This document shows positions 46,382-55,060 of a stretch of 64,000 bases of DNA, in pieces. Under the pieces are notes generated by a model, which had not been told where the DNA came from, did no database searches, and was given only the letters and a program-made list of their open reading frames with translations. A program made the translations under genes and the position numbers. This stretch comes from a virus (lineage: Duplodnaviria; Caudoviricetes), in the IMG/VR virus record IMGVR_UViG_3300034161_000008, positions 64,001-128,000 of that record; one strand, given 5' to 3'. The number at the start of each line of letters is the position of its first letter. Position 1 is the stretch's first letter.

Positions 46382-47914
46382 ATGGATAGTAAACTACTAC
46401 TCGTTAAGGGCATCACGCTCCTCTATCGTGAGAGCCAACTAGAAGGCACTAAAGAAAAGTCTTCTGCCCTGGTACGTGAGATCGTTTCTAAGATCAAGCC
46501 TCCAGAGATCACCATGGACACTGGCGAAGGTCGTGAGATCCTGATGGGTCTGACTCGCACAGCATTAACCATGTGTGACGACCCTCATGACCACACTTAC
46601 GAACTGACGGAGTTGTTGCAACGCGTCAAAGTAAACACCGGCGACGAGACCGAGCTGTACGAGTCGATTGCCACCGGCGTCACTAAGGAGATGGATCAGC
46701 AGGAACTCAAGCGTTACACGCTGAACATCCAGCGTAGTCTCAAGAATTTCCAGAATGAGGAGAAGGTCTCCCAGATCATCAACCAGGCGGCGTACAAGCT
46801 CCGGTTCGACAGGGACAACCTGGATTGGAAAACGTTCGTCCAAGAGACTCACGCGCAGCTTGAGACGTATATAGGAGGGGACTCTGAGGACCATCCTGCC
46901 ATTGTTGACGAGATTGACCTCGACGACCTCGAAGCAGTGGCCAAAGTCTTTAAAGAAGTGAAAGACAATGACTCGGGTCTGGGCTTGCTCAAAACGGGTT
47001 GGCAGGCAATGAACCGAATGCTCGACGGTGGTTTCCGTCGTGGCGAAGAAGTGGTGATCGGCGCACTGCAACACAAGTACAAGACTGGCTTTACGCTGAG
47101 CTTGTTCAAGCAGATCGCTCTCTACAATACTCCGTACATGATCGACCCGACCAAGAAGCCTTTGTTGGTTCGTATCTCTTTCGAGGACAGTGCAGCCCTA
47201 AACACCCAGTTCCTTTACACCTCTTTGTATGAGAACGCGCAGCGCAAGAAAGCGGACATCAGCGGTCTAACAGATATGGAGATGGCGCAGTACGTCAAGA
47301 ACGAACTGACCATCAACGGGTATTCGATCAAGGTTCTCAAGGTCGACCCGACGCAGTATTCTTACAGGGATATTTGCAACAAGCTTCTGGAGTACGAAGC
47401 ACAAGGCTACGAAATTCATCTCTGCATGTTGGATTATCTCGCGATGATCCCAACGACTGGTTGTGTGCAAGGCGCATTAGGACAGGATGTGCGAGATCTG
47501 TTCCGCCGGATGCGGAACTTCTGTGAACCTCGCAAGATCACCTTGATCACGCCTCATCAACTCTCGACTGAGTCGAAGATGAAGGTTCGTGATGGCGCAA
47601 CCAACTTTGTGCAGTTGCTGGTGGGTGGCGGGTACTACGATAAGTGCAAGACGATCGACAACGAGGTTGACCTCGAGATCTTCATTCACATTGAGATCGT
47701 TAATGGCGTAAGCTACTTGACGGTTCAACGTGGGAAACATCGGAAGTCTACGCAGACTCCGATCGAGTACCACTACTTCGTACTACCCTTCAATGACATC
47801 GGCGGTATTCTGGACGACGTTAATGGCCCCGACTCCTCACGCAAGAAAGTGGGTGGCGGACCTATTGGCTCATCGGAGGAAACTCCGTTCTGGGACTTTG
47901 CAGATGCGGCATAA
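46382..47914 (+). CDS. dnaB: DnaB-like replicative helicase (phiKZ gp118-like)
   Basis: GLLKTGWQAMNRMLDGGFRRGE, GALQHKYKTGF (Walker A-like), RISFED, LCMLDYL, TPHQLS and VQRGKHR. Confidence 0.9.
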   Translation: MDSKLLLVKGITLLYRESQLEGTKEKSSALVREIVSKIKPPEITMDTGEGREILMGLTRTALTMCDDPHDHTYELTELLQRVKVNTGDETELYESIATGVTKEMDQQELKRYTLNIQRSLKNFQNEEKVSQIINQAAYKLRFDRDNLDWKTFVQETHAQLETYIGGDSEDHPAIVDEIDLDDLEAVAKVFKEVKDNDSGLGLLKTGWQAMNRMLDGGFRRGEEVVIGALQHKYKTGFTLSLFKQIALYNTPYMIDPTKKPLLVRISFEDSAALNTQFLYTSLYENAQRKKADISGLTDMEMAQYVKNELTINGYSIKVLKVDPTQYSYRDICNKLLEYEAQGYEIHLCMLDYLAMIPTTGCVQGALGQDVRDLFRRMRNFCEPRKITLITPHQLSTESKMKVRDGATNFVQLLVGGGYYDKCKTIDNEVDLEIFIHIEIVNGVSYLTVQRGKHRKSTQTPIEYHYFVLPFNDIGGILDDVNGPDSSRKKVGGGPIGSSEETPFWDFADAA

Positions 47915-48058
47915 AACTGACTCTACCGGTTACCCCGCAACAAAAAAATAAGTAATGAACGAAAAAAAGAGGAACCCGTGAGGGCTCCTCCTCAACACTC
48001 CTCGATAGCCTTAGGGCCATTCGGGGAGTGTTGAGTCTTTTTGCTTTTATGCCGTCGC
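47906..48058. terminator. Back-to-back terminator hairpins flanked by GCGGCATAA and TTATGCCG
   Basis: A7-GAGGAACCC gtga GGGCTCCTC (minus-strand U-tract) and CTCAACACTCC...GGAGTGTTGAG-tcttttt (plus strand). Confidence 0.75.
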
Positions 48059-48697
48059 GCTAGGAAAGCCAGGACGTTCTGCGGAGTTGCCGATGATGCG
48101 GACCCAGTGATGGAAATCCGGGTAGTCGTGAGCTACCAGGTGAAACTCCATGGAGCCGTCATCGTATTCGCCGAAGTAATAACTCAAGCGTAACGAACCT
48201 GCGCACAGTTCTATCTCGCGACAGAATGCAACGAAGGCCGTACCAGTACCAAACTCTTGAAGCTCAGGAGCGGCTCGCTGGTCTTTGCACTGAGTGATTG
48301 CAGTAGCTACACCTTTATCGATACCTTCGCCCAAATACACAACGTGCTTGAGGCAGATTTCCGATACACGACGAGCGTGCTCACGACGGAACAGAACCAC
48401 GAGATCTGGTTTGTCCAGCGTGTAGGTGTAACCAAGGATTGGATGCGGTGCCCAGTACATGTCCACTGCGACTTTATAATCCACACCATCCTTTCGAATT
48501 ACTTCGAGTGATACAGTACCGTCAGGAAACCGCATCAGGGTGTACGAAGGTCGCCCACTCAGCATGGATTTAAGAATCCCACGCAGAGAGAACCTGGTCA
48601 TGTAGCTGAGCACCCGTACCAGTTGCTCGGCCGCTGCGTCAGCTACCGTGTGCTTTCGCACATGGTTCAACAGTCGATTGCGGGTATAGATGCTCAT
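48047..48697 (-). CDS. Hypothetical protein
   Basis: RBS AAGGA; last gene of the minus-strand accessory run. Confidence 0.7.
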   Translation of the reverse strand: MSIYTRNRLLNHVRKHTVADAAAEQLVRVLSYMTRFSLRGILKSMLSGRPSYTLMRFPDGTVSLEVIRKDGVDYKVAVDMYWAPHPILGYTYTLDKPDLVVLFRREHARRVSEICLKHVVYLGEGIDKGVATAITQCKDQRAAPELQEFGTGTAFVAFCREIELCAGSLRLSYYFGEYDDGSMEFHLVAHDYPDFHHWVRIIGNSAERPGFPSATA

Positions 48698-48712
48698 TGT
48701 GATTCCTTTCTT

Positions 48713-51313
48713 TTATTGGCGAGGAAGGCGGAGGGTTGCTTGTACGATCATAGGATCGACGGAGCGGTCAAGTACATGCACGCACAACGCATCGTTCAAC
48801 ACCACCCGGAAAGTGACGGTGCCGTGCGTTACGTCTGACGGGAGCTTGATGTTTGCAGCTGCCAGGTTGATGAACTGAACGGCCTGACTAACAATCCAGT
48901 TAGGCATGCCAGCCGCTGCGAACTGAAGGAAGTCAATCGCAGTCTCGCGATCGGCAAAATCAATTCGAGTGGCAACGTTCAGAGGGAACACGCGCGGTTC
49001 TGGGTTGGGTGCATCAGCCACTTCACGAACATGCAGCTCGTCGGGTTGTGGCATATCCAGGCCGCTATCTACGTGAGCAGGACGATCGGTAAAGCGACTT
49101 GGGCGATCACCACGATTACGCAGAAGTGCATCGAGGTTTTCGGAGTCGCGATCGATATCAGCGAAACGACCGTTAACAAAACCGATCGTTGCAATCTGCA
49201 CCGTACTGCCATTTTGATCGAGAGCGAACACCGCGGCACGATCCAACACATTGTCCATAGCCAGTGCATAACCTGCCGCACCAACGGAACGGCGATGAAT
49301 CACGTCGAGGATATTGTTGGCGTGCTCTGGCGACAGCGAGTATTCATTAATAACGCTGAGCATGTTCTTGCTGTCCATAGGGCGACCAAAGAACTTCTCA
49401 ACTTCAGCTTTGAACACTGGTTGCGGCATGGCGTTACCGCCGTAGCCCCCGTAGCCACCGAAGGCACCCTGACCACCGAAGGCACCCTGACCACCATACA
49501 TCCCACCACCAATCCCCGGTTGTTGCGGCTGACGACCCATAGCCAGACCATACGGACGTACAGGCTCGCTGAGCTTGTTCGACTGAAGGTCTACGCGGAT
49601 TGAAATGATCTTCTCGCCGCGCTGCATGTTCTGTACCAAGAAGAGATCCAGAACGCCCATTTCACCGGAGACCATCAGAACAACAGGCAGGTCTGGGCTG
49701 TTGTTACCCACACGCCCGGCCAGTGCACTTTGGATCTTGACGTACGCATCTGTGCTGGTGCAGCGACCGCCCAAAGCCTTCTTGAACTCATCCAGCGACA
49801 TCGGCGTATTGATCAGCGTTTGGAACGTTTGATCCATGCCCGAAGGACGTTGGAAGCGGTTACCCAGATCGCCCAGGCCGAAGACACGTCCTTGCGTAGC
49901 GCGCTCTTCAGTTGTCAGCACAGGTTCTTCAGCAGTCGGAGCAGGCTCTTCGACCAAATCATCGACGATCAGCTTCAGCTTGCCATCGTAGGTAAACGAC
50001 AATGGAACAACGCCTTTGTCTTCGTACTGTGTGTAGTCCGGAGACAGCACGATCACAGACTCGTCTTCGTCGCTGGTTGCGTAGGAGAGTGTGAAACCCT
50101 TGCAGCCAGCATCGAACTGAGTGCTCACCCAGCCTGCTGCGACTTCGTAGCTGTGCTCATCCCGGCAATGTACGGCCAGCATGAACAAAGTCCCAGCTCC
50201 GCTAGCAGGAATAGTTGGATTGCTTGGGGAAAACAGCTCGTCCAGCTGACGGATCGCGCGAGTAGGGATGACCAGGTAGTCCACCAACACATCGTCCTTG
50301 AAGAACAGGTGGAACTGCGAAAGCAAACCACGCTTGACAATGAACAAAGAAACCCAAGGGTTTTTGCTGTTCATGAAAATCATGATTGGGTCAAAGCCTT
50401 CGCGCTCACCCATTGAATCGACAGTAGCCCAGATCTGGCTAGCGATCGATTCAACCAGCGGGACGTTGGCCTTCGCGCAGTTTGTGATGGCGTCCAGAAC
50501 CTGGACAGGTTCGCGACGAACGAACGGATTCATCGACGCAATGACGTCGTCGCTTGGGCGAGTGTAACCCTTTTCAGTTGCGTACAGGGCAGACTCATCG
50601 GTGACGCGCTTATCTTCAGCGTTGAATGCGCGGACGCGTTCAGCAAAGTCGACATCCGCCACAGCAGCATGGGTAGCCGCCAGATCTTCACCAGCGCTGT
50701 CGGCTTTGGTAGGCCAGGTGATCACTGCGTGCTGAGCAACATTGGCAGCGATCTGGTTGCGCTGGTTGAGATCCATCACCAACACCACTTGCAGCTTGCC
50801 GCCGTTGAACTTGATGGTCAGCTTCTTGGTCTCGCGATCTGCGTCAACCGAGTAGTCGTTGGCACCATCAGACTTCTCGCGCGCTTTGGCAATCTCACGC
50901 TCAACTTCGAGCAGACGACCAGCAGCATGCGTGAATTGCCCCAGCCAAGCCTTCAGGTTGTTGAAGTTGTCACGAGCCCGCAGGTCTTCGCCGGTCTCAG
51001 TGCGTTCAGCGAATGGCAGATCTGTTGGGATCACCCAGGTATCGTCTTTGACGTCGAACGAGATTGCAGTTGCACCCTGATTGACGTCAGAGTTGCTACG
51101 GATGTAGAAACGAACAGACGCGCCCACGCCGCCGGTGAAGCGATAGATAAGGTCAGTCGTACCGAACTTATTCTCGAGGTAACGAACGTAGCCTGCAAAG
51201 CGCTCCAGAGGCTCTGAATGCAATACAGCGTGCAGCAGACCAAACAGTTCTGGCTTTTTCATGCCTTTAGCAGAGGTGGCTTTGATGCGGGCTTTCAATT
51301 CGGCGTTCTTCAT
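48713..51313 (-). CDS. Large modular hypothetical protein (866 aa) with Gly-rich linker
   Basis: Long ORF with several alpha-alpha-beta-beta-beta segments separated by low-complexity linkers. Confidence 0.8.
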   Translation of the reverse strand: MKNAELKARIKATSAKGMKKPELFGLLHAVLHSEPLERFAGYVRYLENKFGTTDLIYRFTGGVGASVRFYIRSNSDVNQGATAISFDVKDDTWVIPTDLPFAERTETGEDLRARDNFNNLKAWLGQFTHAAGRLLEVEREIAKAREKSDGANDYSVDADRETKKLTIKFNGGKLQVVLVMDLNQRNQIAANVAQHAVITWPTKADSAGEDLAATHAAVADVDFAERVRAFNAEDKRVTDESALYATEKGYTRPSDDVIASMNPFVRREPVQVLDAITNCAKANVPLVESIASQIWATVDSMGEREGFDPIMIFMNSKNPWVSLFIVKRGLLSQFHLFFKDDVLVDYLVIPTRAIRQLDELFSPSNPTIPASGAGTLFMLAVHCRDEHSYEVAAGWVSTQFDAGCKGFTLSYATSDEDESVIVLSPDYTQYEDKGVVPLSFTYDGKLKLIVDDLVEEPAPTAEEPVLTTEERATQGRVFGLGDLGNRFQRPSGMDQTFQTLINTPMSLDEFKKALGGRCTSTDAYVKIQSALAGRVGNNSPDLPVVLMVSGEMGVLDLFLVQNMQRGEKIISIRVDLQSNKLSEPVRPYGLAMGRQPQQPGIGGGMYGGQGAFGGQGAFGGYGGYGGNAMPQPVFKAEVEKFFGRPMDSKNMLSVINEYSLSPEHANNILDVIHRRSVGAAGYALAMDNVLDRAAVFALDQNGSTVQIATIGFVNGRFADIDRDSENLDALLRNRGDRPSRFTDRPAHVDSGLDMPQPDELHVREVADAPNPEPRVFPLNVATRIDFADRETAIDFLQFAAAGMPNWIVSQAVQFINLAAANIKLPSDVTHGTVTFRVVLNDALCVHVLDRSVDPMIVQATLRLPRQ
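49441..49495. repeat. In-frame tandem repeats (18 bp x2 plus 9-bp units) encoding GGQGAFGGQGAFGGYGGYGG
   Basis: ccaccgaaggcaccctga occurs at 49455 and 49473; cgtagcc units precede it. Confidence 0.85.
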
Positions 51314-51657
51314 TGCGTAATTTCCTTTAATGGCTGAGGCTGTAGGACCTGCCCGAAAGCGGTCAATAGCTTATTGTCGGTCACCATGCCCGTAAACTTC
51401 ACGACGCTGGTAAACTCTGGGTTATAAATTGCGAACTCGACTTTGTCACCTACGGAGAAATAGGTAACAGTACATCGAACTTTACTCAGATCCTGCTGGA
51501 GTTGGAAAGCAGCAGTCTGTAGGTATTGCACCAACCACGCGTAGTAGTTGTGGTGAAAGAAGCAGGTACGCCAGAACTGTATTAGCTCGTCTGAGCTGAG
51601 TTCTCCCAGTTCTTGAATCTCTTTAACGAACCTGTCTTTCTTTTCGTAGAAGTTCAT
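51310..51657 (-). CDS. Hypothetical protein
   Basis: ATGA overlap with the downstream gene. Confidence 0.7.
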   Translation of the reverse strand: MNFYEKKDRFVKEIQELGELSSDELIQFWRTCFFHHNYYAWLVQYLQTAAFQLQQDLSKVRCTVTYFSVGDKVEFAIYNPEFTSVVKFTGMVTDNKLLTAFGQVLQPQPLKEITQ

Positions 51658-51667
51658 CGTAACCCCA

Positions 51668-52177
51668 TTAACGTACAGTGAGGGTCTGATTAAACCATGT
51701 TACAATCAGACCGTGACGGATGAATGCCTTAACGACACATACCTTCTTACGGTCATTCGAATACAGCAAGAACTCGACGCCATCAGGGAACGGATCAGAC
51801 ATCCTCCCACCTCGATCATGCTTGACGTCTGCGATCCCAGTCATGCCACGGGTTTCCAACCCATGCTCTGGTTTGATCTGGAACAACTTGCTTTCCACAG
51901 TAACGCCCAACGACGACGTACTGAGGAGCCTGCACGCTTCGTCAAAGTACGCAGCCAGACGGGAATAGATAGCCTTGTCTGAATACTCCTTAACGAATGC
52001 GGTGAAGTCAAGAAACGGCAGGGAGTTATCCAACGCCCGTATCAGAGTCTTGATCTTCTTTGTTGCACGAAGCCCATCCAACTCGTTAAGTCGTTTGGGT
52101 TGTTGCTCGTCGAGGATTGCCTCCGGTGGAGACTCTTCAACTTCTGTATCTAAGTCTTCTTTCTTTTTACGGGCCAT
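51668..52177 (-). CDS. Hypothetical protein
   Basis: RBS AGGAG before the ATG. Confidence 0.75.
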   Translation of the reverse strand: MARKKKEDLDTEVEESPPEAILDEQQPKRLNELDGLRATKKIKTLIRALDNSLPFLDFTAFVKEYSDKAIYSRLAAYFDEACRLLSTSSLGVTVESKLFQIKPEHGLETRGMTGIADVKHDRGGRMSDPFPDGVEFLLYSNDRKKVCVVKAFIRHGLIVTWFNQTLTVR

Positions 52178-52190
52178 TGGAATCTCCTAG

Positions 52191-52222
52191 GGCATAAGCG
52201 GGGACCCGAAGGTCCCCTAGGA
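52191..52222 (-). terminator. UUCG-loop hairpin followed by TATG (minus strand)
   Basis: ggcataagc GGGGACC cgaa GGTCCCC. Confidence 0.7.
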
Positions 52223-52223
52223 A

Positions 52224-53018
52224 TTACGCTGCAACAACAGCTTTGGTGAACTTCTTCACGTCGATGTTCAGGAACGGGAATTCTTTCGCCAGTTTCAGCG
52301 CGGCAGTGTGTGCCAGCTCGGTGAACACCAGGTGCTTGCCGATTGGGAATTCTTCGTGGTGGATCATGAAGCGGAACTTCTCGTCACCCAGGAAGAACTC
52401 ACCCTTGACACGGTAATCTTCTTCTTTGCGGCCTTCACGAGAGCTGTGGTATCCGCCGAATGCGCGAGGGCGCTGGAAGCCATCTTCGTCGTCTTGCGCA
52501 CGAGTGGTGCCGTTCAGGCGCAGGCCGTGGCCAAGCTTAACCGACAGTTTCCAGGAGCCGTCGGTCATGTGTCGGATTTCGGCGGTGTCCGAGTGGTGGT
52601 AGCTGTGGCGATGTTCTTCATCACCGAACAGGCGATTGACCAGCTCACGGGAGGCGAACTCCAGCGGATGCGGGCGGTGGTGATGCATGTGCATGTCGCC
52701 GAATGCTTCGGGTTCTGGCATATCGAGCTTCAGGTTGCCGTAGAGCTTGACAACGTCTTCCAGACGCAGCATCTCGACCAACTTGACTTGAACCAGTTCC
52801 TGCAACTGCATCTGGTCGTAGCTACCACGCGACGAACCGTTGCCTTCGAGGACCAGGTGCAGGGTGTGTTGCAGACCGGTGTCGAGCTGGGTCACTTCGA
52901 AACTGAGGGAAGGGAGGTCGCTCACGCTAATCGTGCCTTCACCCAACTCGCCGAAGTTTACCAGCTTGGCAGTACCGATAGCAAACTCGATAGCGGCCAA
53001 TACTTTCACTTTAGACAT
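52224..53018 (-). CDS. Highly codon-biased hypothetical protein with His-rich linker
   Basis: Has its own upstream promoter motif and downstream hairpin; contains DMHMHHHRPHP. Confidence 0.8.
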   Translation of the reverse strand: MSKVKVLAAIEFAIGTAKLVNFGELGEGTISVSDLPSLSFEVTQLDTGLQHTLHLVLEGNGSSRGSYDQMQLQELVQVKLVEMLRLEDVVKLYGNLKLDMPEPEAFGDMHMHHHRPHPLEFASRELVNRLFGDEEHRHSYHHSDTAEIRHMTDGSWKLSVKLGHGLRLNGTTRAQDDEDGFQRPRAFGGYHSSREGRKEEDYRVKGEFFLGDEKFRFMIHHEEFPIGKHLVFTELAHTAALKLAKEFPFLNIDVKKFTKAVVAA

Positions 53019-53073
53019 TGCTTTAAGCTCTTTCTAATGGAAGGAACAAGTCACACAGTGGCAACTCGGTTGG

Positions 53074-53083
53074 GTAATATGTA
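53074..53083 (-). promoter_or_regulatory. Putative early promoter TACATATTAC
   Basis: Intergenic, about 55 nt upstream of the 52224-53018 gene and just downstream of a terminator. Confidence 0.6.
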
Positions 53084-53104
53084 CCCATAAATTTCTTGAA
53101 CAGA

Positions 53105-53131
53105 TAAAAAAATAGGGGACCGAAGTCCCCC
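53105..53131 (-). terminator. Canonical intrinsic terminator
   Basis: Minus strand: GGGGAC ttcg GTCCCC ta TTTTTTT. Confidence 0.8.
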
Positions 53132-53134
53132 ACC

Positions 53135-53356
53135 TTAGTTATTGCGAAACTGCTGGCGCCGCTGCTTGGGAGTCAAGTAGCCTGCGTTAGCAATCTTGGA
53201 TTTGAACACTGGTGATTTGTAGCCATCTTCACACGCTGTAGATTCCATCTCTTCGTCGTACAAAGCTTGCTCTTTCTCAGACCGTGGTGTTGCTTGCGCC
53301 AACACCCCCACCGAGGTCAACAGGAGGAGTAGCGACAACTTGTTTGTAGCCCGCAT
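53135..53356 (-). CDS. Small protein with predicted signal peptide
   Basis: MRATNKLSLLLLLTSVGVLA-QA; RBS GGAG. Confidence 0.6.
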   Translation of the reverse strand: MRATNKLSLLLLLTSVGVLAQATPRSEKEQALYDEEMESTACEDGYKSPVFKSKIANAGYLTPKQRRQQFRNN

Positions 53357-53849
53357 ATTGGATCTCCATGTATTCCTTGATGAGCTTGGCGCGGTAGTTG
53401 TGAATCTGCTGAGGAACATTAAACTCCTCAGTCACCACCGTAGCAATAGCTTCATCAACCTTTTTACTGAAGGCTTTGAGAGCCCCCATGTCGCGCGCAA
53501 CCCGCTCAACCAGGCCAATGCGTACGCCGTCGGCTGTTTCGTAAAGAGGACCCATCTCAAGGCCCAGAGAACGGTAACCGTTGACGAACTTATCGTCTGG
53601 AGAGATGGATGCGTAGTCGTCGTCATAAACAACGAACCAGTTACCCACTACAGGGTTAAAGCGAAGCATCCACTCAGCAGTAACTTCAACGGTGGTGGTT
53701 GGAACTTCACGATCACCGAGAGTAGACGGTGCTTCGAGAATCAGCCGCACGCCTTCTTCGTGCTTCACCATCTCAAGGATCTTCGCACCACGCACCACTT
53801 TGTGGGATTGGTACTGAGGCAGAGAGGCTAGCTTTTCTTTGTCTTGCAT
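53277..53849 (-). CDS. Phage protein with LPQYQSHKVV...FVVYDDDYASISP..F..GY domain
   Basis: RBS AGGAG; recognisable widespread phage motif Y.V.Y.DGY.S.SP...F..GY. Confidence 0.75.
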   Translation of the reverse strand: MQDKEKLASLPQYQSHKVVRGAKILEMVKHEEGVRLILEAPSTLGDREVPTTTVEVTAEWMLRFNPVVGNWFVVYDDDYASISPDDKFVNGYRSLGLEMGPLYETADGVRIGLVERVARDMGALKAFSKKVDEAIATVVTEEFNVPQQIHNYRAKLIKEYMEIQYAGYKQVVATPPVDLGGGVGASNTTV

Positions 53850-53913
53850 GGTCAAACTCCTAAAGGACGTCACTGTGACAGATCATTTGCCTAAATGAGT
53901 GTCTACAATGGCG

Positions 53914-54129
53914 TTACTTTTCTGGAAACATCTTCGACAACAGCCACTTGAGGCTTCGCGTAACCCAACCATCCGGTGGAGCTTTGCGCTTGCGATTGAC
54001 TACTGAGTTGTAGCCCTGCATGTAGGTGGCTTTTTGCCAGCGATACTTCCAATAAGGGGGGTATCCTTTACGAGCGTGATAGGCACCCAGTGCAATGGAG
54101 GACTCGTGGCGCTGCCTATTCTTCCCCAT
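53914..54129 (-). CDS. Small basic protein, weakly RMF-like
   Basis: MGKNRQRHESSIALGAYHARKGYPPY...ATYMQGYNS. Confidence 0.55.
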   Translation of the reverse strand: MGKNRQRHESSIALGAYHARKGYPPYWKYRWQKATYMQGYNSVVNRKRKAPPDGWVTRSLKWLLSKMFPEK

Positions 54130-54517
54130 TGAGGAAGTCCAACGGCTTTTCCAAATCAACCAGCAATGCCAGATCCGCCAAAGAAGAACGATGCTCGACG
54201 ATCACGGTCTTGCTACGCAACCAACGCACTACTTCAGGGCGCTGAGACTGCTCACACTCCTTGAGCAAACTCAAACCGATCAACTCACCCAGCTTGGCAG
54301 TGATCAGGCTGTCAGTAGCCTCGTGGAGCATTGCGAACAGGAACGTTACGTCCGGCAGATAGAAAGCACGGGCGTACGGCTTTTTGGTGATTGGGTGATC
54401 GTAGTCACAACGGACCACGAGAGATTGCATTGTGTCGCGTCGATCGCCAGAGAAGTTATCGGCGATAGACTGCGGACTGCATTCTGGTGAGGCTGGGTTG
54501 AATTCAACGATTACCAC
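54116..54517 (-). CDS. Hypothetical protein
   Basis: GTG start after AGGAG. Confidence 0.7.
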   Translation of the reverse strand: MVIVEFNPASPECSPQSIADNFSGDRRDTMQSLVVRCDYDHPITKKPYARAFYLPDVTFLFAMLHEATDSLITAKLGELIGLSLLKECEQSQRPEVVRWLRSKTVIVEHRSSLADLALLVDLEKPLDFLNGEE

Positions 54518-54526
54518 GGGAGCTCC

Positions 54527-54757
54527 TTATTGGCGGACACAGTTAAGTCGGTAGCGAAAGATCACAGTTACCATCTTCGGCGTGTCGATTCGAATGGTTG
54601 CCGTGAGCATGTCTTCGTTTTCAGTCAGCTCGATACCGCCTGTTACTAATGAACGGGCAGCTTCTTGACAGGTATCTTTAGTGACGAACGGACCATACTG
54701 AGAACTAGTCACTGCTCCGCTCGAAGACACAACCATTGCTGCTAACAGATACGACAT
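54527..54757 (-). CDS. Small hypothetical protein
   Basis: Hydrophobic N-terminus and F.TKDTC..AA...C motif; RBS GGAG. Confidence 0.65.
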   Translation of the reverse strand: MSYLLAAMVVSSSGAVTSSQYGPFVTKDTCQEAARSLVTGGIELTENEDMLTATIRIDTPKMVTVIFRYRLNCVRQ

Positions 54758-54790
54758 CTCTCTACTCCATACAGCGGATCGATAATTAAC

Positions 54791-54825
54791 GACATAAAGC
54801 CCGGCACGAAGCCGGGCCTTATGCT
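54791..54825. terminator. CATA-hairpin-TATG element
   Basis: gacataaa GCCCGGC acgaa GCCGGGC cttatgc. Confidence 0.72.
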
Positions 54826-55060
54826 AGTATTGCGTCGGTTCAGGACCCAGCTCGCGACGACGCTCACGATGCTCTTCGTCTTCACGCTTGCGATCTTCAG
54901 GACTGAGCAGCATGCGACGCCGGTCCATACGACCAGCCTGAAAAGCTGTGTCGTAGTCTTTCTTCACGCGCCGGTCAGTACAGCTATTTGCCCGCCCTTC
55001 GAAACCATCCTTTGCGCCCCGCGCCCATGCCGCTTGCTTGCGCTGTGCTGTTTTGCTCAT
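54824..55060 (-). CDS. Small basic protein, ribosome-modulation-factor-like
   Basis: AAWARGAKDGFEGRANSC...YDTAFQAGRMDR compared with RMF AHQRGYQAGIAGRSKEMC...WLGGWREAMADR. Confidence 0.5.
   Translation of the reverse strand: MSKTAQRKQAAWARGAKDGFEGRANSCTDRRVKKDYDTAFQAGRMDRRRMLLSPEDRKREDEEHRERRRELGPEPTQY

Noticed and set aside
11092-47914. Inteins, introns or frameshifts in SbcC, RNAP subunits, portal or DnaB
   Set aside because: All are single uninterrupted ORFs of expected size, with no LAGLIDADG/HNH or Cys...His-Asn splice motifs seen.
47915-48046. Structured intergenic gaps (also 43295-43477 and 53019-53134) as tRNA or ncRNA genes
   Set aside because: No cloverleaf, T-loop or CCA pattern; the structure is explained by terminator hairpins and promoter motifs.
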